Of a stretch of DNA of 64,000 nucleotides, positions 29,585 to 40,007 are shown piece by piece. The DNA lies in contig CAZEEU010000001.1 in NCBI GenBank assembly GCA_964511305.1, positions 127,214 to 191,213 on the forward strand, given 5' to 3'. Made by a program: the position numbers and the translations under genes. Each line of letters opens with the position of its first letter. Position 1 is the stretch's first letter. Below the pieces are notes generated by a model, which was given only the letters and a program-made list of their open reading frames with translations, was not told where the DNA came from and made no database searches. Source of the DNA: an uncultured Gammaproteobacteria bacterium. GTDB lineage: Bacteria > Patescibacteriota > Microgenomatia > Levybacterales > GWA1-39-11.

Positions 29585-31261
29585 TTATTTTTCAAATACG
29601 GATATTGCTTCCTGCCCGTTTGGATAACGTACTTTATATTTAACCTGGTGTAAGGAAGCTTCCTGTGGTCTGCCGACATATAGCACTCTTCCCGTATAAT
29701 TTGCGCCTGAAGTAGGCTCAAATGTGTAGTTATCAAAACCCTTATGCCTTTCTTTCCATCCGCCACTTAAAGTGCCACCAAGCTTTTGATACTTGGCAGG
29801 ATCAATATTTAGATAAAATAAGAAGAACATATATGACTGGTCGAAAGGGATTTCATTTTCAACAACTATTTTGTCGTATTTATTTGCGTTCACAGATACA
29901 TACTTTATTGCCTGCTTGTATCCATACAACCAGTCTTGAGCAGTAAAGTAATTCATCTGAGAAAAGTACTGATTAAAATAATAAGAAATATTAAGAAGGG
30001 CCAATGCGCAGTATAAGCCTGAAATAGCGAGAAATAGATACTTTAACAATCCTTTCTTTCGGGTCTTAACAAAAATAATAATTGCAAAAATTCCTAGTGC
30101 AATCATTAATTCATAGGTCCACGCAAAATTTAGAGTTCTTACGGCGTGAGGAACCCCACTTGTAATGGATGCAGGCACAGGCACTAACAAGAAGTATGCA
30201 AAAAAAGACATCTTATGTCTCTTGTCAATTTTTAGAAACACTAATGTATATATGCCAACTAACAGTAGCGGGAACTCAAATATATACAAGAGTCCCATGA
30301 ATGGCGCGTGATGACGAGTTATGTCTCCAGTTATAAATAGCCAGTTGAGGTCAAAGTGAGAAATATAGCCATATCCTACAGCCTTAACATACTCTACCCG
30401 TCTGTTATCCAGTATTTTTCCAATAATATTTCCTTCCGCTTCATCTCTTAATAATTTTTCGGATGACCTTTTGACAATTGATTGCTCTGCAAAAATACTT
30501 ACACCCTTTGCTCTCATAAGAGCATTGTTGTTAGATAAAATGTACACACCAAGAGGAAGAGCAACAAGTACTGCTGTGACAATTGAAAGTGCAAGAATTT
30601 TCTTGTTGTCGATCACTTTCTTTATGAAAATTATCGACAAAACTATTACAAGAAGCGGAGAAAAAACTCTCTCGCTCTGGTACATGTGGAGATTTAATGC
30701 TGCAAGCCCAAATGCAAAAGGAAGATATGCGGGCTTTTTAAGACCTTTGAGAAAAAACAAAAAAACAGCAATATTAATAGTAAGTCCAACGTTAGATTCA
30801 AAAGCAATTCGAGAGAACTGGATATGCCATGGAGAAATACTTAACAACAGTGAAACTAAAAGCGCGACGTACTCTGATTTTATTTCAACTTCCCCTATAG
30901 AAATCTTTTTAGTACCAAGCAGCAAACGTGCTAAAAAGTAAACGAGCGCAACAGCGATGACTCCTGCAATTGATGAAGGAAGCCTTACGGCTTGCTCAGT
31001 CAAACCTAAAATTGCGACAAATGGAATATCAAGATATGCATAAAGAGCTGGCTTGTAATCATCGTAAGATCTTAAAACTACCGGTAGAAATGCGCCGTAT
31101 TCGTCCCTACCTGTTGTGAGAATCGATTTTGCGTTGTATCCAAGAGCAACTTCATCCCAATTGAGACTAAGTGGCGTTATTCCTAAATCATATGTCCTTA
31201 GAAATCCAGCAAAAACTAAAATCGCAAAAAGTATAATTAATGGTTTTTGGAAAATTCTCAT
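29585..31261 (-). CDS. GT-C glycosyltransferase, GT39/ArnT-PMT-like (subfamily A)
   Basis: 558 aa: '…SLNWDEVALGYNAKSILTTGRDEYGAFLPVVLRSYDDYKPALYAYLDIPFV…'. Confidence 0.85.
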   Translation of the reverse strand: MRIFQKPLIILFAILVFAGFLRTYDLGITPLSLNWDEVALGYNAKSILTTGRDEYGAFLPVVLRSYDDYKPALYAYLDIPFVAILGLTEQAVRLPSSIAGVIAVALVYFLARLLLGTKKISIGEVEIKSEYVALLVSLLLSISPWHIQFSRIAFESNVGLTINIAVFLFFLKGLKKPAYLPFAFGLAALNLHMYQSERVFSPLLVIVLSIIFIKKVIDNKKILALSIVTAVLVALPLGVYILSNNNALMRAKGVSIFAEQSIVKRSSEKLLRDEAEGNIIGKILDNRRVEYVKAVGYGYISHFDLNWLFITGDITRHHAPFMGLLYIFEFPLLLVGIYTLVFLKIDKRHKMSFFAYFLLVPVPASITSGVPHAVRTLNFAWTYELMIALGIFAIIIFVKTRKKGLLKYLFLAISGLYCALALLNISYYFNQYFSQMNYFTAQDWLYGYKQAIKYVSVNANKYDKIVVENEIPFDQSYMFFLFYLNIDPAKYQKLGGTLSGGWKERHKGFDNYTFEPTSGANYTGRVLYVGRPQEASLHQVKYKVRYPNGQEAISVFEK

Positions 31262-32883
31262 ATTGTATACGCAACTAATATAGTTCTGCCATTGAGCAAT
31301 TTAAATTCCTTAAGTCTCCTACTCCCATTAGGCAGCTCGTCAGGATGCACGATATATAAAGCATTTTTCTTTTTAGCCTGTTGAGGTTTTTCTGAAAAAT
31401 ATATTTTGTCAAAACTTCGTACATGCACAAATCCTAAAGGTTCTCTGTATATATCTGCGCTTAGTCTAAATTTTTCAGGATTGTATTTTAAATAGAAAAG
31501 ATAATAAATATACGGCCTTCCTAAAGCTTCTGTCATATAAATCTCGTCGTATGTATTAAAGTTATTCTGAACATACGAAATTGCCTCTTTGTACCCATAC
31601 TGCCATTCCCCAGAATATTCTTTAGGATATTGGAAGAAAAGATTATGTCCAAAATAAATCACAGAAAACAAAATTACTATTGAAAGGGCAATTTTGGAGA
31701 ATATTTGGACTTTACCTCTAAGCATTCCTATCGCAACACAGGCTCCGATTGCGCTAACTATTTGGAAGAAAGGTACCGCACTCTCTGTACGTAATGCATG
31801 AGGCGTTTCACGAGCAAATCCTGCAGGAATGAGAGCTACACCAATCATAAAAGGAACTACCCACCAATGCTTAGTTCTTTTCCGAAACAGAACTAAAAAA
31901 CCAATAATAAGAAATGGCAGCTCCCATAAATACATCTGGCCAACATCCTGTACCGAAAATTTAGGATTCCCATCACCAGTAACAAAGAGGTATTTTGGTG
32001 TTAAGTTGTCGAAATAATGTTTGAGGTACTCTACTCCATATGCAAATCTTCTGTTATGAATTATTTTCGAATAAGCGGAATTATTATCATTAGCCACTTC
32101 TTGATTTGTCCTGTTAATAACTGAAATATCAGAAAATATATTAACTTCGGCAAATCGTAATTTAGCTTGAGGTGATTGAAGGAATATAAATAAGGGAAGA
32201 AACAAAGTAACGCCAATTACAGCAGCAGTTATTGTTACAGTTAAATTTTTAAGCAAGAATTTGAAATGAACTATTAAAAGTACGGCAATAATTATGGGGA
32301 CCGTTACTCTTGCCGAATTAAACGTATACATTGAAGCAACAAACGAAAGGACTGATAGAGGTAAATACCATTTTTTTTCATTAATGCTTTTGAAAAAGAA
32401 CAGAAGACCCAGAACAATAAGCATTGTCGAAACATTTGCCTCAAAAGCGGCTCTTGAAAGCATAATGTGCCACGGAGAAATTGCAACAATAAAAGAAGCA
32501 ACTAATGCTTCTTTCTGTCTATCTTTTCCGAATAACTGAATGACAAGCAAGTATGTTAGAAAAACAGTTATAACCCCAGCTACAGCTGACGGCAACCTCA
32601 CAGCCAATTCAGTCATACCAAGAATTTTTACTGGCAATATATCCAGATAAGCATATAGTGGAGGCTTAAAGTCACCGAATGATTCCAGATATAAAATAGG
32701 CAAAAAAACTCCAAATTCATCCTTACCATCAAGACCAAGTGAATACGCATTATATCCCCATGCAACCTCGTCCCACGTCAAAGAAGGTGGATTTACTGAA
32801 AGATGAAACAGCCTAAAGAAGGTAGCTACCAATAATATTCCTAGAAGAATTAATACGACCTTATTTTTCATATATTTTGTCAT
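31258..32883 (-). CDS. GT-C glycosyltransferase, GT39/ArnT-PMT-like (subfamily A)
   Basis: 541 aa: '…SLTWDEVAWGYNAYSLGLDGKDEFGVFLPILYLESFGDFKPPLYAYLDILPV…'. Tandem paralog of 29585..31261 with a 4-bp overlap. Confidence 0.85.
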   Translation of the reverse strand: MTKYMKNKVVLILLGILLVATFFRLFHLSVNPPSLTWDEVAWGYNAYSLGLDGKDEFGVFLPILYLESFGDFKPPLYAYLDILPVKILGMTELAVRLPSAVAGVITVFLTYLLVIQLFGKDRQKEALVASFIVAISPWHIMLSRAAFEANVSTMLIVLGLLFFFKSINEKKWYLPLSVLSFVASMYTFNSARVTVPIIIAVLLIVHFKFLLKNLTVTITAAVIGVTLFLPLFIFLQSPQAKLRFAEVNIFSDISVINRTNQEVANDNNSAYSKIIHNRRFAYGVEYLKHYFDNLTPKYLFVTGDGNPKFSVQDVGQMYLWELPFLIIGFLVLFRKRTKHWWVVPFMIGVALIPAGFARETPHALRTESAVPFFQIVSAIGACVAIGMLRGKVQIFSKIALSIVILFSVIYFGHNLFFQYPKEYSGEWQYGYKEAISYVQNNFNTYDEIYMTEALGRPYIYYLFYLKYNPEKFRLSADIYREPLGFVHVRSFDKIYFSEKPQQAKKKNALYIVHPDELPNGSRRLKEFKLLNGRTILVAYTI

Positions 32884-34849
32884 TGGACTCGTCTTTTAAT
32901 ATAGTATCAATTTTTTGATGATTGGCCTTAAGCACATTCACTTCTTTATTCTTATATATGGTATCTAAAAATATTGCAGAATTTGTAGCAAAAAGACTAG
33001 TTTTAGGACCAAGAACGATATAGGAAATATTATTTGTTTTGATTGCACGGGCAACATCCGAAAGTCCGCCGTCCATAATTATTGTTTGTACCGAAATAGG
33101 CTTAGTCACTTTCACATTATGACTTTCAAGAATTTGAATTCCCGATAAAAACATTGGCTGATTTGAAAAATATGCGATATATGGACTCGATTTATCCAAA
33201 GCAAAATATGTATGGTCAACAACAACCAATCCCTTAGGCTGCGCTGAAAGAAATGAAAATGCGTTCAGCTGGTTATTGCTTAATGTCAGCATTTGATGAG
33301 TTGTTAATCTTCTTACATTTTGTTTAGTTTCAAAAAACACTCTAGGAATTGTCAGTCCAATAATAACAACAGCTATAAGAAAACCTACTTTCTTAAATGA
33401 CGTGAGCCAGAAAACCGTTGCGGCAGTATAAATACTTCCAAAAACAAAAACATTCACAAGAAAGTTAAAAGTATTTGAACCCCCAGAAGTCTGCTGAAAA
33501 AAGAAGCCAACAATAAGACTTGGGATAATGCCAGCAATAAGAAAGATGTGCAATTCAACAGGAAATAAATTCAAACTTTTTCTTGATTGTATAAGCCCAA
33601 GTAATTTAGTACCAAATAACGCAAACACGGTAATTCCGACATAGAGTACTTCAAATGCAAATGCCTTTAGTGGTTTGGAGTCTTCAGCAAATATCCGTCT
33701 TGCCAACTCTAACCTTTCAAGTTGTAAATATGGTTGCACTATAAAATTTTCAAAAAACCAAAATGATGTGAAATACAAACCACCCGCACCACGATTTACC
33801 GGAAGGTAAATGATGGCAACGACTGCTGCGCAAATACAAACAAGTAACAGATTAAAATATTGCCTCTTAATAATCCACCAGATGCTTAGCGCGCCAAGGC
33901 CTGCTATTGCAAATATCCCAACGTACACTTTAAAACCTATTAGGGTTCCAAAAACCACTCCCAAAATTAAGGTTGTTGCTATATTCCGCTTATTTGAAAG
34001 CCAATGACTCAACAATATTAGACCACCAAATAATTGCACGGTTGCGAATGCACGGGGAGGATTACTAAGAAATTTTGCTCCATCCTCTAAAGAACTCATG
34101 CTGAAGAAGTTAGTTCCCTTCTGAAGAAATATCATAAGCATCCATATAAAATCTCCACCAAAATAAACAAATATTAGCAACCAGAATGCATATCGTATTT
34201 TTTTTGTATAACTTAAGCTAAATACTAATACAACAAGTCCTAAAAGAGCCGGAAGATAGACTGCAGATACTTGGTACTGCAAAATATTGACCGGAATCAT
34301 AAAAACCCGACTTAGGTCGGCAATAAATACATTCGATAAATAATGATAATTTTTAACTATGACTCCTGAAAGACCTGGTTCATAGGGAGGAATATTTTTG
34401 ATAATTTCATGGCTTAAGGAGAGAAAATACAAATTGTCGCTTGCATCTATGCAACAGAATGAAATACCCTGAGTCTCTTTTACACCCATGAATATTCCAA
34501 ATGACATTTGCATCAATATTCCAAGAATAATAATGCCAACGATAGGAAATAACGATTTTGGGATACCCAAATGAATCTTTATATTTCGGAATTTGACAAT
34601 CCAAATTGCCAGTGCTCCTATTATATAAAGGTGTGATACAAACCTTATGTTAAGAAATCCTATTATAAAGCCGAGTAATACCCACGAAGCGGTACCTATG
34701 ACAAAAGAAGACACTATAGAACTAAGTGGAGACAGGGAGAGCTTGGAGGAGCGCAACATAACTGCTCCCGGAATAAAAATTGCCAAAAAGATAGCTAAAA
34801 AAGAATAGGAAAAGTAAAAAATAAATTCAACGGAGAGTAAATTGTACAT
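32861..34849 (-). CDS. Polytopic membrane protein (GT-C-like, family unassigned) with a C-terminal ~190-aa soluble domain
   Basis: 662 aa with about 14 hydrophobic helices. It carries the loop motif '…CCIDASDNLYFLSLSHEIIKNIPPYEPGLSG…' and a hydrophilic C-terminal domain. Confidence 0.7.
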   Translation of the reverse strand: MYNLLSVEFIFYFSYSFLAIFLAIFIPGAVMLRSSKLSLSPLSSIVSSFVIGTASWVLLGFIIGFLNIRFVSHLYIIGALAIWIVKFRNIKIHLGIPKSLFPIVGIIILGILMQMSFGIFMGVKETQGISFCCIDASDNLYFLSLSHEIIKNIPPYEPGLSGVIVKNYHYLSNVFIADLSRVFMIPVNILQYQVSAVYLPALLGLVVLVFSLSYTKKIRYAFWLLIFVYFGGDFIWMLMIFLQKGTNFFSMSSLEDGAKFLSNPPRAFATVQLFGGLILLSHWLSNKRNIATTLILGVVFGTLIGFKVYVGIFAIAGLGALSIWWIIKRQYFNLLLVCICAAVVAIIYLPVNRGAGGLYFTSFWFFENFIVQPYLQLERLELARRIFAEDSKPLKAFAFEVLYVGITVFALFGTKLLGLIQSRKSLNLFPVELHIFLIAGIIPSLIVGFFFQQTSGGSNTFNFLVNVFVFGSIYTAATVFWLTSFKKVGFLIAVVIIGLTIPRVFFETKQNVRRLTTHQMLTLSNNQLNAFSFLSAQPKGLVVVDHTYFALDKSSPYIAYFSNQPMFLSGIQILESHNVKVTKPISVQTIIMDGGLSDVARAIKTNNISYIVLGPKTSLFATNSAIFLDTIYKNKEVNVLKANHQKIDTILKDESNDKIYEK

Positions 34850-34851
34850 TG

Positions 34852-36090
34852 CTATTTACCTTCACTTTCATCTGGCCAAAAGTAAGCTGTTAAAAATACC
34901 ATAGTAAGATACCCTACGTGACTATTATTAAAATATCGAGACATATACCAATATACAAATACCAAAAGGCCATAGGAAAGAATTAAGATTTTTACTTTAG
35001 GATACTTACGTAAAAAGCCCAGCAAAATCACCAACACAGGAACCACAAAAAGCACTTGCCACAGAACGAATGGATAAGAGGAATTCAAGTCTTTAATAAA
35101 ACCTAATTGATGAAGTAGCATTCCCAAACCATAACCGGATATTGGATAGCTATGTGCAGTATTTCCTGATAGGTAAAAAACAGTACTATCAAGAAAAGCA
35201 CCCGGATTCCATAGAAAAAAGGGAATAACTAGGATGGCAAATGTTACAAAAAAAGAACTTAAACGAATCGTTGTACGACGAAGATTATCAGATACAAAAT
35301 ATATATAAGCAACATACAGCGGTATGAAAGGCCATATAGACTGCTTAACTGCAAAAGCAAGTGCTAGAAGAATTCCCGAAATGAGGTACTTCTTACGTGA
35401 TAATAGGATCATTGACAGAAAAAAGAATGCAAACATAAAAACGTCACTTCTGCCCTCTAAGGTATAAGCAAACATCGCAGGATTAAGCGCTAAAATACCT
35501 GTAAAAATAAGTTTTTGCTCTTTATCTTTTATGAAGTAAAAGGCACTAATACAAAGAGAAAGGTACAAAAAGAATAATGGAATACGACCATCAAAATACC
35601 CAATTGTATGATTTGAAATGTAATAAAACGGAAGTGAAAAGAGCAAATAAAATGGCATCATCACAAAATGGTACAGGGCTGGGTTAACTGCGGTATCACT
35701 ATAGTGCCACTGCGCCATAAACGTGTTGTGATATGTAGCTGCCCAAGGATTGATACCATCTAGGAAAAACCTTATTGCAGCCTCGAGTTGTAAGATAATA
35801 TCGTGGATCTGAAAAAGAGGTGCAACTTTGTGACGCACCATAATTGCTGAGATAAATGTACCCCCTACAACGAGTGCAAGAAGAGTCCAAAAAACAATGT
35901 ATTTAAAAAAGTAATACCTTTTTTCAGGCATCGGGACTATATCAAGTAAAAAATTGATAAATATTCCTGCAAATATCAAACCGAACTGGATGTAATTTGT
36001 GTCACCAGGAAAAATCTGATATGTCATTATCACGGGGATAAGAAGTGCCGCCAATATTACGCTGGACAAAGAAAGGCGCTGGTTTTTCAT
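34852..36090 (-). CDS. Polytopic membrane protein, possibly DUF2029/GT87-like GT-C
   Basis: 412 aa, about 10-11 TMs and no large soluble domain. It sits between the GT-C gene 32861..34849 downstream and a DPM1-like GT2 upstream. The family call is tentative. Confidence 0.65.
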   Translation of the reverse strand: MKNQRLSLSSVILAALLIPVIMTYQIFPGDTNYIQFGLIFAGIFINFLLDIVPMPEKRYYFFKYIVFWTLLALVVGGTFISAIMVRHKVAPLFQIHDIILQLEAAIRFFLDGINPWAATYHNTFMAQWHYSDTAVNPALYHFVMMPFYLLFSLPFYYISNHTIGYFDGRIPLFFLYLSLCISAFYFIKDKEQKLIFTGILALNPAMFAYTLEGRSDVFMFAFFFLSMILLSRKKYLISGILLALAFAVKQSIWPFIPLYVAYIYFVSDNLRRTTIRLSSFFVTFAILVIPFFLWNPGAFLDSTVFYLSGNTAHSYPISGYGLGMLLHQLGFIKDLNSSYPFVLWQVLFVVPVLVILLGFLRKYPKVKILILSYGLLVFVYWYMSRYFNNSHVGYLTMVFLTAYFWPDESEGK

Positions 36091-36815
36091 GAAGTAAATC
36101 GGTATTTAATAAGTGTCCACAGTGCTATTGTTCCATCATGTACAGGGCGAATCTTTTTACCCTCGTCGTATCCTCTTGGATTTGTTGTAATATCAAGTTC
36201 TAAAATGTGTATTCCTTTTTTTAGGATCTTCGCTGTAATTTCTGGCTCAAAGTCAAACGACCTTGATTTTAACTTAATCCCATCCAAAGCTGATTTTAAG
36301 AATAGTTTATATCCTGTTTCCATATCAGTAATGCTTTCACCATATAGAACTGAAGTGGCCATACTTAAGAATTTGTTCCCTATGTAATGAAATGGTAGAG
36401 GTGTCCTTCCTTTTCCGAATAAAACAACGTCTTGTCTAAGCCTTGTACCATAGACAACCTTTTCTTTACCATCAAGTATTGGCTTAAGAAGCATTGGAAT
36501 TTCAGTCGGATCATATTCAAGATCAGCGTCTTGAATAAGAAGAACAGATCCTTTAGCATTTTCAAAACCTGTAATAACAGCAGCGCCTTTCCCTTGATTT
36601 ACTTTGTGCTGGATGAATTTGATATTGGTTATTTTCTTCTTTTTCTCAGTAATCACCTGTGCAGATTTGTCTTTAGAACCATCATCTACCACGACAATTT
36701 CTATTTCTAGTTGCGGAATATTAAGCTTGTTCAGCTTATCAAGAACAATGCCAATTGTCTTCTCTTCGTTATATACAGGAATGACAATGGAAAGGAGTTT
36801 TATTGATGAATTCAT
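36087..36815 (-). CDS. GT2 polyprenyl-phosphate sugar synthase-like (DPM1/GtrB/CsbB-type)
   Basis: 'LSIVIPVYNEEKTIGIVLDKL…IVVVDDGSKDKS…HKVNQGKGAAVITGFENAKGSVLLIQDADLEYDPTEIP'. 242 aa, soluble. Confidence 0.9.
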   Translation of the reverse strand: MNSSIKLLSIVIPVYNEEKTIGIVLDKLNKLNIPQLEIEIVVVDDGSKDKSAQVITEKKKKITNIKFIQHKVNQGKGAAVITGFENAKGSVLLIQDADLEYDPTEIPMLLKPILDGKEKVVYGTRLRQDVVLFGKGRTPLPFHYIGNKFLSMATSVLYGESITDMETGYKLFLKSALDGIKLKSRSFDFEPEITAKILKKGIHILELDITTNPRGYDEGKKIRPVHDGTIALWTLIKYRFTS

Positions 36816-37741
36816 GCGATGTGATGTAAGAGCTCAACATCAGAACGTTGATATAATTTCTGCTGTATCTTACGTCTTTTCATTATAGCAGGTAACTTAA
36901 TCAGGGCAAGGAATAATCCTTTCAAAAAAGCTCTATCTCCACCCTTTATAGCCCGTAATATATGCAGTGGGAGTCTAATAATATGGCTTACTATTAGACT
37001 TGAGGAAGTGATATTTTTCCATGTAAATATGAATTGATTTCTATATGCTGCCGTTGTTATTCTCTCCTTTTTAAAGCCTGTAAGTATTGCACCCTCACCG
37101 TGATAGTGCTCAACAACTGACTCCTTATCAAAACAAATTCTATAACCAGATTTAACAGCTCTATATGAAAGGTCTATATCTTCCCAATAAAATGGGTTAA
37201 ATAGTATATCCATACCTCCAATTTTTACAAAAAGTTCTCTCCTTAAGATACAACTACCGCCGGATATCCAAAAGGTATCGGGACTCTCCTCATCGCCCTT
37301 ACTATGAACAATCATCCCACCTCTCCAGGAACCTATCCCACGGCCACGCTTTACCACCCTCTCCCCTTCATGACTCTCATCCATACACCCTATACCAAAA
37401 TATAAAGGGTCTGATTTCATCTTGTTCAAAAGACTCTCAAGAAAGTCCCGCTTAGGAACCACATCACTATTGAGAAGGACCACAAATTCTGCATGTGAAT
37501 GTGATACTCCCGTGTTAATTGCAGATGAAAAACCTTTGTTGTGCGCATGCTCAACAAGCATTATTTTTTTGCTTTTGAGGGAGCTTACAATTTCTCTGAG
37601 CTTTTTCTTATCTTCAAGGGTAGAACCATCATCTATTACTATAATTTTGCCTGTATAGTTCTCGTGCGCCAATAATACTTTTGGTAAGTTCTTTGCAAAG
37701 AGATGGGCTCCGTTATAGTTAGGTATTACAATATCAACCAT
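36812..37741 (-). CDS. Glycosyltransferase family 2 (rhamnosyltransferase-like subfamily)
   Basis: 'MVDIVIPNYNGAHLF…IIVIDDGSTLED…VVLLNSDVV…FYWEDIDLSYRAVKSGY'. The track ORF extends to 37810 and overlaps the YfhO-like gene by 68 bp. The internal Met at 37741 sits just before the 'IVIPNYN' motif and is the more plausible start. Confidence 0.8.
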   Translation of the reverse strand: MVDIVIPNYNGAHLFAKNLPKVLLAHENYTGKIIVIDDGSTLEDKKKLREIVSSLKSKKIMLVEHAHNKGFSSAINTGVSHSHAEFVVLLNSDVVPKRDFLESLLNKMKSDPLYFGIGCMDESHEGERVVKRGRGIGSWRGGMIVHSKGDEESPDTFWISGGSCILRRELFVKIGGMDILFNPFYWEDIDLSYRAVKSGYRICFDKESVVEHYHGEGAILTGFKKERITTAAYRNQFIFTWKNITSSSLIVSHIIRLPLHILRAIKGGDRAFLKGLFLALIKLPAIMKRRKIQQKLYQRSDVELLHHIA

Positions 37742-37742
37742 T

Positions 37743-40007
37743 TTAAAAAAGACTGTCCTTAAATAGTACAGTATGATTCCCGGCTTGAATATATACGCCC
37801 CGAAAAGCATGATTTGTCTTATAAATTTTTGTCAAATTACCGTCAATATACATTTTCCATGTAGGATAAAACGCGTCAGATAGAACTAAAAATCCAGCTC
37901 CTTTATTATAGGTATTAATCTCCACACTATTTTCAGAGTACTTTGTTATTATGGCGTCTCCAACGCTAAGATCTGCTTTATCTTCAAGACCTTCAACAAC
38001 AGCAGAGGATTTAAGATCACTTGAAAATATCTGCTTGATAGATTCATTAGCCCTAACAGTATTTTTAACAAAATAAGCTCGTGGATATGCATTAAGGTTT
38101 TTATATATCTTAGTCTCGCCTTCTTCAAAAACCTTTACAAGCTTAGGTGAATCAATTGGATCAATGGATAGAACAAAAGTCACGTTCATAAAGTCAAACA
38201 TTTGAGAATTGTAATTATGTGGGGTAATTATTCTATTAAATCCAAATGGCGGTGAGCTATTAGGTTTGTCTCTTTCCATTGAGGCAATATACTCAGCATA
38301 AGAATTAAGATATAAAGGATCATACCCCTCGATAGATTGGATTTTGTAATGCGTCAAAAAATTTGGAGCAAGTATTCTGTGATCCATCACAGCAACCCTA
38401 AATATTCCTTGCTGCGATTGTAAAAAATTTAACGATTTTGTTGTTGGATATAAATATTGAGCTTGAGAAAATGGAGTAAATTTTTGAGCAAACCTTAACA
38501 TATCAAATGATGTTAAAAGAAAGAGCACGCAAATTATAGAAAATCTTACTTTTTTGCTTTTTGTCAAAAAATTTATACTAATAATAATTGCACTGACCAA
38601 AAACAGACCAAATGGCAACATAAGATTTCTTAATGCAACCTTCGCCTGTTCTACGTGTCCAAGGAAAAATGAATTAGGAAAAATTACAAAATAAAATAAC
38701 ACGATAAAGCAAAGACCTACAAGCAGTATGGGAATAGAAGCCCTTTTTATTTGTAATCGCTCCGTTGTGATGTTGTTAAGCCCATACGCAGACAGCACCG
38801 CTAATCCAAAACATGCTAGAAATATCAGTCGTGTGGGTTGTGCACTAGAAAGGAATGGGATTGACGCAATAAAAGGCAATGCGGAAACCCCGGTCGGAAG
38901 ACTGAATACCAAACTAAGCAGAATTACTAACCCCATGAAAATGGTAGTTTTATTCTTTTTTGTGAATGCAAAAAATGCTAAAAGAAGAGGAATAATTCCA
39001 ATATACCCAACGAATTCTGCATAGTTAAAAACACCTACATAATTAAGGGTTGCAGGATTACCGAAATAGTCGGGAGCTATAAATTGAGCCAAATTTCTCC
39101 ATGGAATGAACCATCCTTCAATTTCATAAAATTGACGATCCGTCGCTCGAGCTGAATTTACAACAAACAATAACGCCGGATACCACTGAATAAAAGTTAC
39201 AATCCCAAAACCAAGGCAAATAAGAAGATACACCAACAAGGTCTTTACGTCCCTTCTCCATTTCAGAATAAAATAAGCGCATGCTACAAGAAATACATAT
39301 AAAAAAGATTGAGTATGTCCAGCAAGAAATGAGCTTGAGAAAGCCACAGTTATTACAAAGGCCCACATGTTCCTATTTTTGCGTGATGTAAGATGGTCTA
39401 TGCCTAAGAGAATAAGAGGCAGCCACAAAGCCGTATGCACTACGTTCCCCCATGTCAGCCAACTAACACAAAAGCCACAAAAGGAAAAAGCTAAAGAACC
39501 AAGCGCACAGGATGGCGAATTTAACTTTAAGTTCTTAAGGTATAAATACATAAAAAGACAAGCAAGTACTGTCTGAAGAACAATAAATACACCCCACGAA
39601 ATAGATATTGGGAAAATAAAGAACAATATATTAAGTGGGTAAAATGCTGAAGACTGTATATTGCCAACCAATGGCTTTCCTGTCATTTCATATGGGTTCC
39701 ATGATGGAAGCTCTCCTTTTTTAAGAATATTTACAGATAGTTCCTTCCATACATAAGTTTGTCTAACAGGGTCTGTTATAAGAAAGTTTTTAAAAGGAAT
39801 ACCTCGGGGATAATCACTGCTATAAAAATCTCTGAAGGGGTGATATAAACCAACTAATGAATCGGTAGGAATAGGTGCCCTGTTAAAAATTAAAAACGGA
39901 GAATAAAAAACAATAATAATAGCAGCTAGCAAAATGGGGAAGATTATTTTCTTTACTCTTACAAGAGTATCCTTAGTTACCATATAAGATGACTTAGCTC
40001 TTCGCAA
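37743..40007 (-). CDS. YfhO-family polytopic membrane glycosyltransferase-like protein
   Basis: 754 aa. N-terminal '…LPSWNPYEMTGKPLVGNIQSSAFYPLNILFFIFP…', then multi-TM, then the C-terminal '…DAFYPTWKMYIDGNLTKIYKTNHAFRGVYIQAGNHTV…' motif. Confidence 0.8.
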   Translation of the reverse strand: MRRAKSSYMVTKDTLVRVKKIIFPILLAAIIIVFYSPFLIFNRAPIPTDSLVGLYHPFRDFYSSDYPRGIPFKNFLITDPVRQTYVWKELSVNILKKGELPSWNPYEMTGKPLVGNIQSSAFYPLNILFFIFPISISWGVFIVLQTVLACLFMYLYLKNLKLNSPSCALGSLAFSFCGFCVSWLTWGNVVHTALWLPLILLGIDHLTSRKNRNMWAFVITVAFSSSFLAGHTQSFLYVFLVACAYFILKWRRDVKTLLVYLLICLGFGIVTFIQWYPALLFVVNSARATDRQFYEIEGWFIPWRNLAQFIAPDYFGNPATLNYVGVFNYAEFVGYIGIIPLLLAFFAFTKKNKTTIFMGLVILLSLVFSLPTGVSALPFIASIPFLSSAQPTRLIFLACFGLAVLSAYGLNNITTERLQIKRASIPILLVGLCFIVLFYFVIFPNSFFLGHVEQAKVALRNLMLPFGLFLVSAIIISINFLTKSKKVRFSIICVLFLLTSFDMLRFAQKFTPFSQAQYLYPTTKSLNFLQSQQGIFRVAVMDHRILAPNFLTHYKIQSIEGYDPLYLNSYAEYIASMERDKPNSSPPFGFNRIITPHNYNSQMFDFMNVTFVLSIDPIDSPKLVKVFEEGETKIYKNLNAYPRAYFVKNTVRANESIKQIFSSDLKSSAVVEGLEDKADLSVGDAIITKYSENSVEINTYNKGAGFLVLSDAFYPTWKMYIDGNLTKIYKTNHAFRGVYIQAGNHTVLFKDSLF

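Noticed and set aside
30471-30941. 156-aa plus-strand ORF, and similar antisense ORFs (829..1131, 15533..15844, 22149..22475, 43148..43543, 57158..57490)
   Set aside because: All are embedded antisense within strongly supported genes and lack any recognisable motif. They are expected by chance in AT-rich coding sequence.
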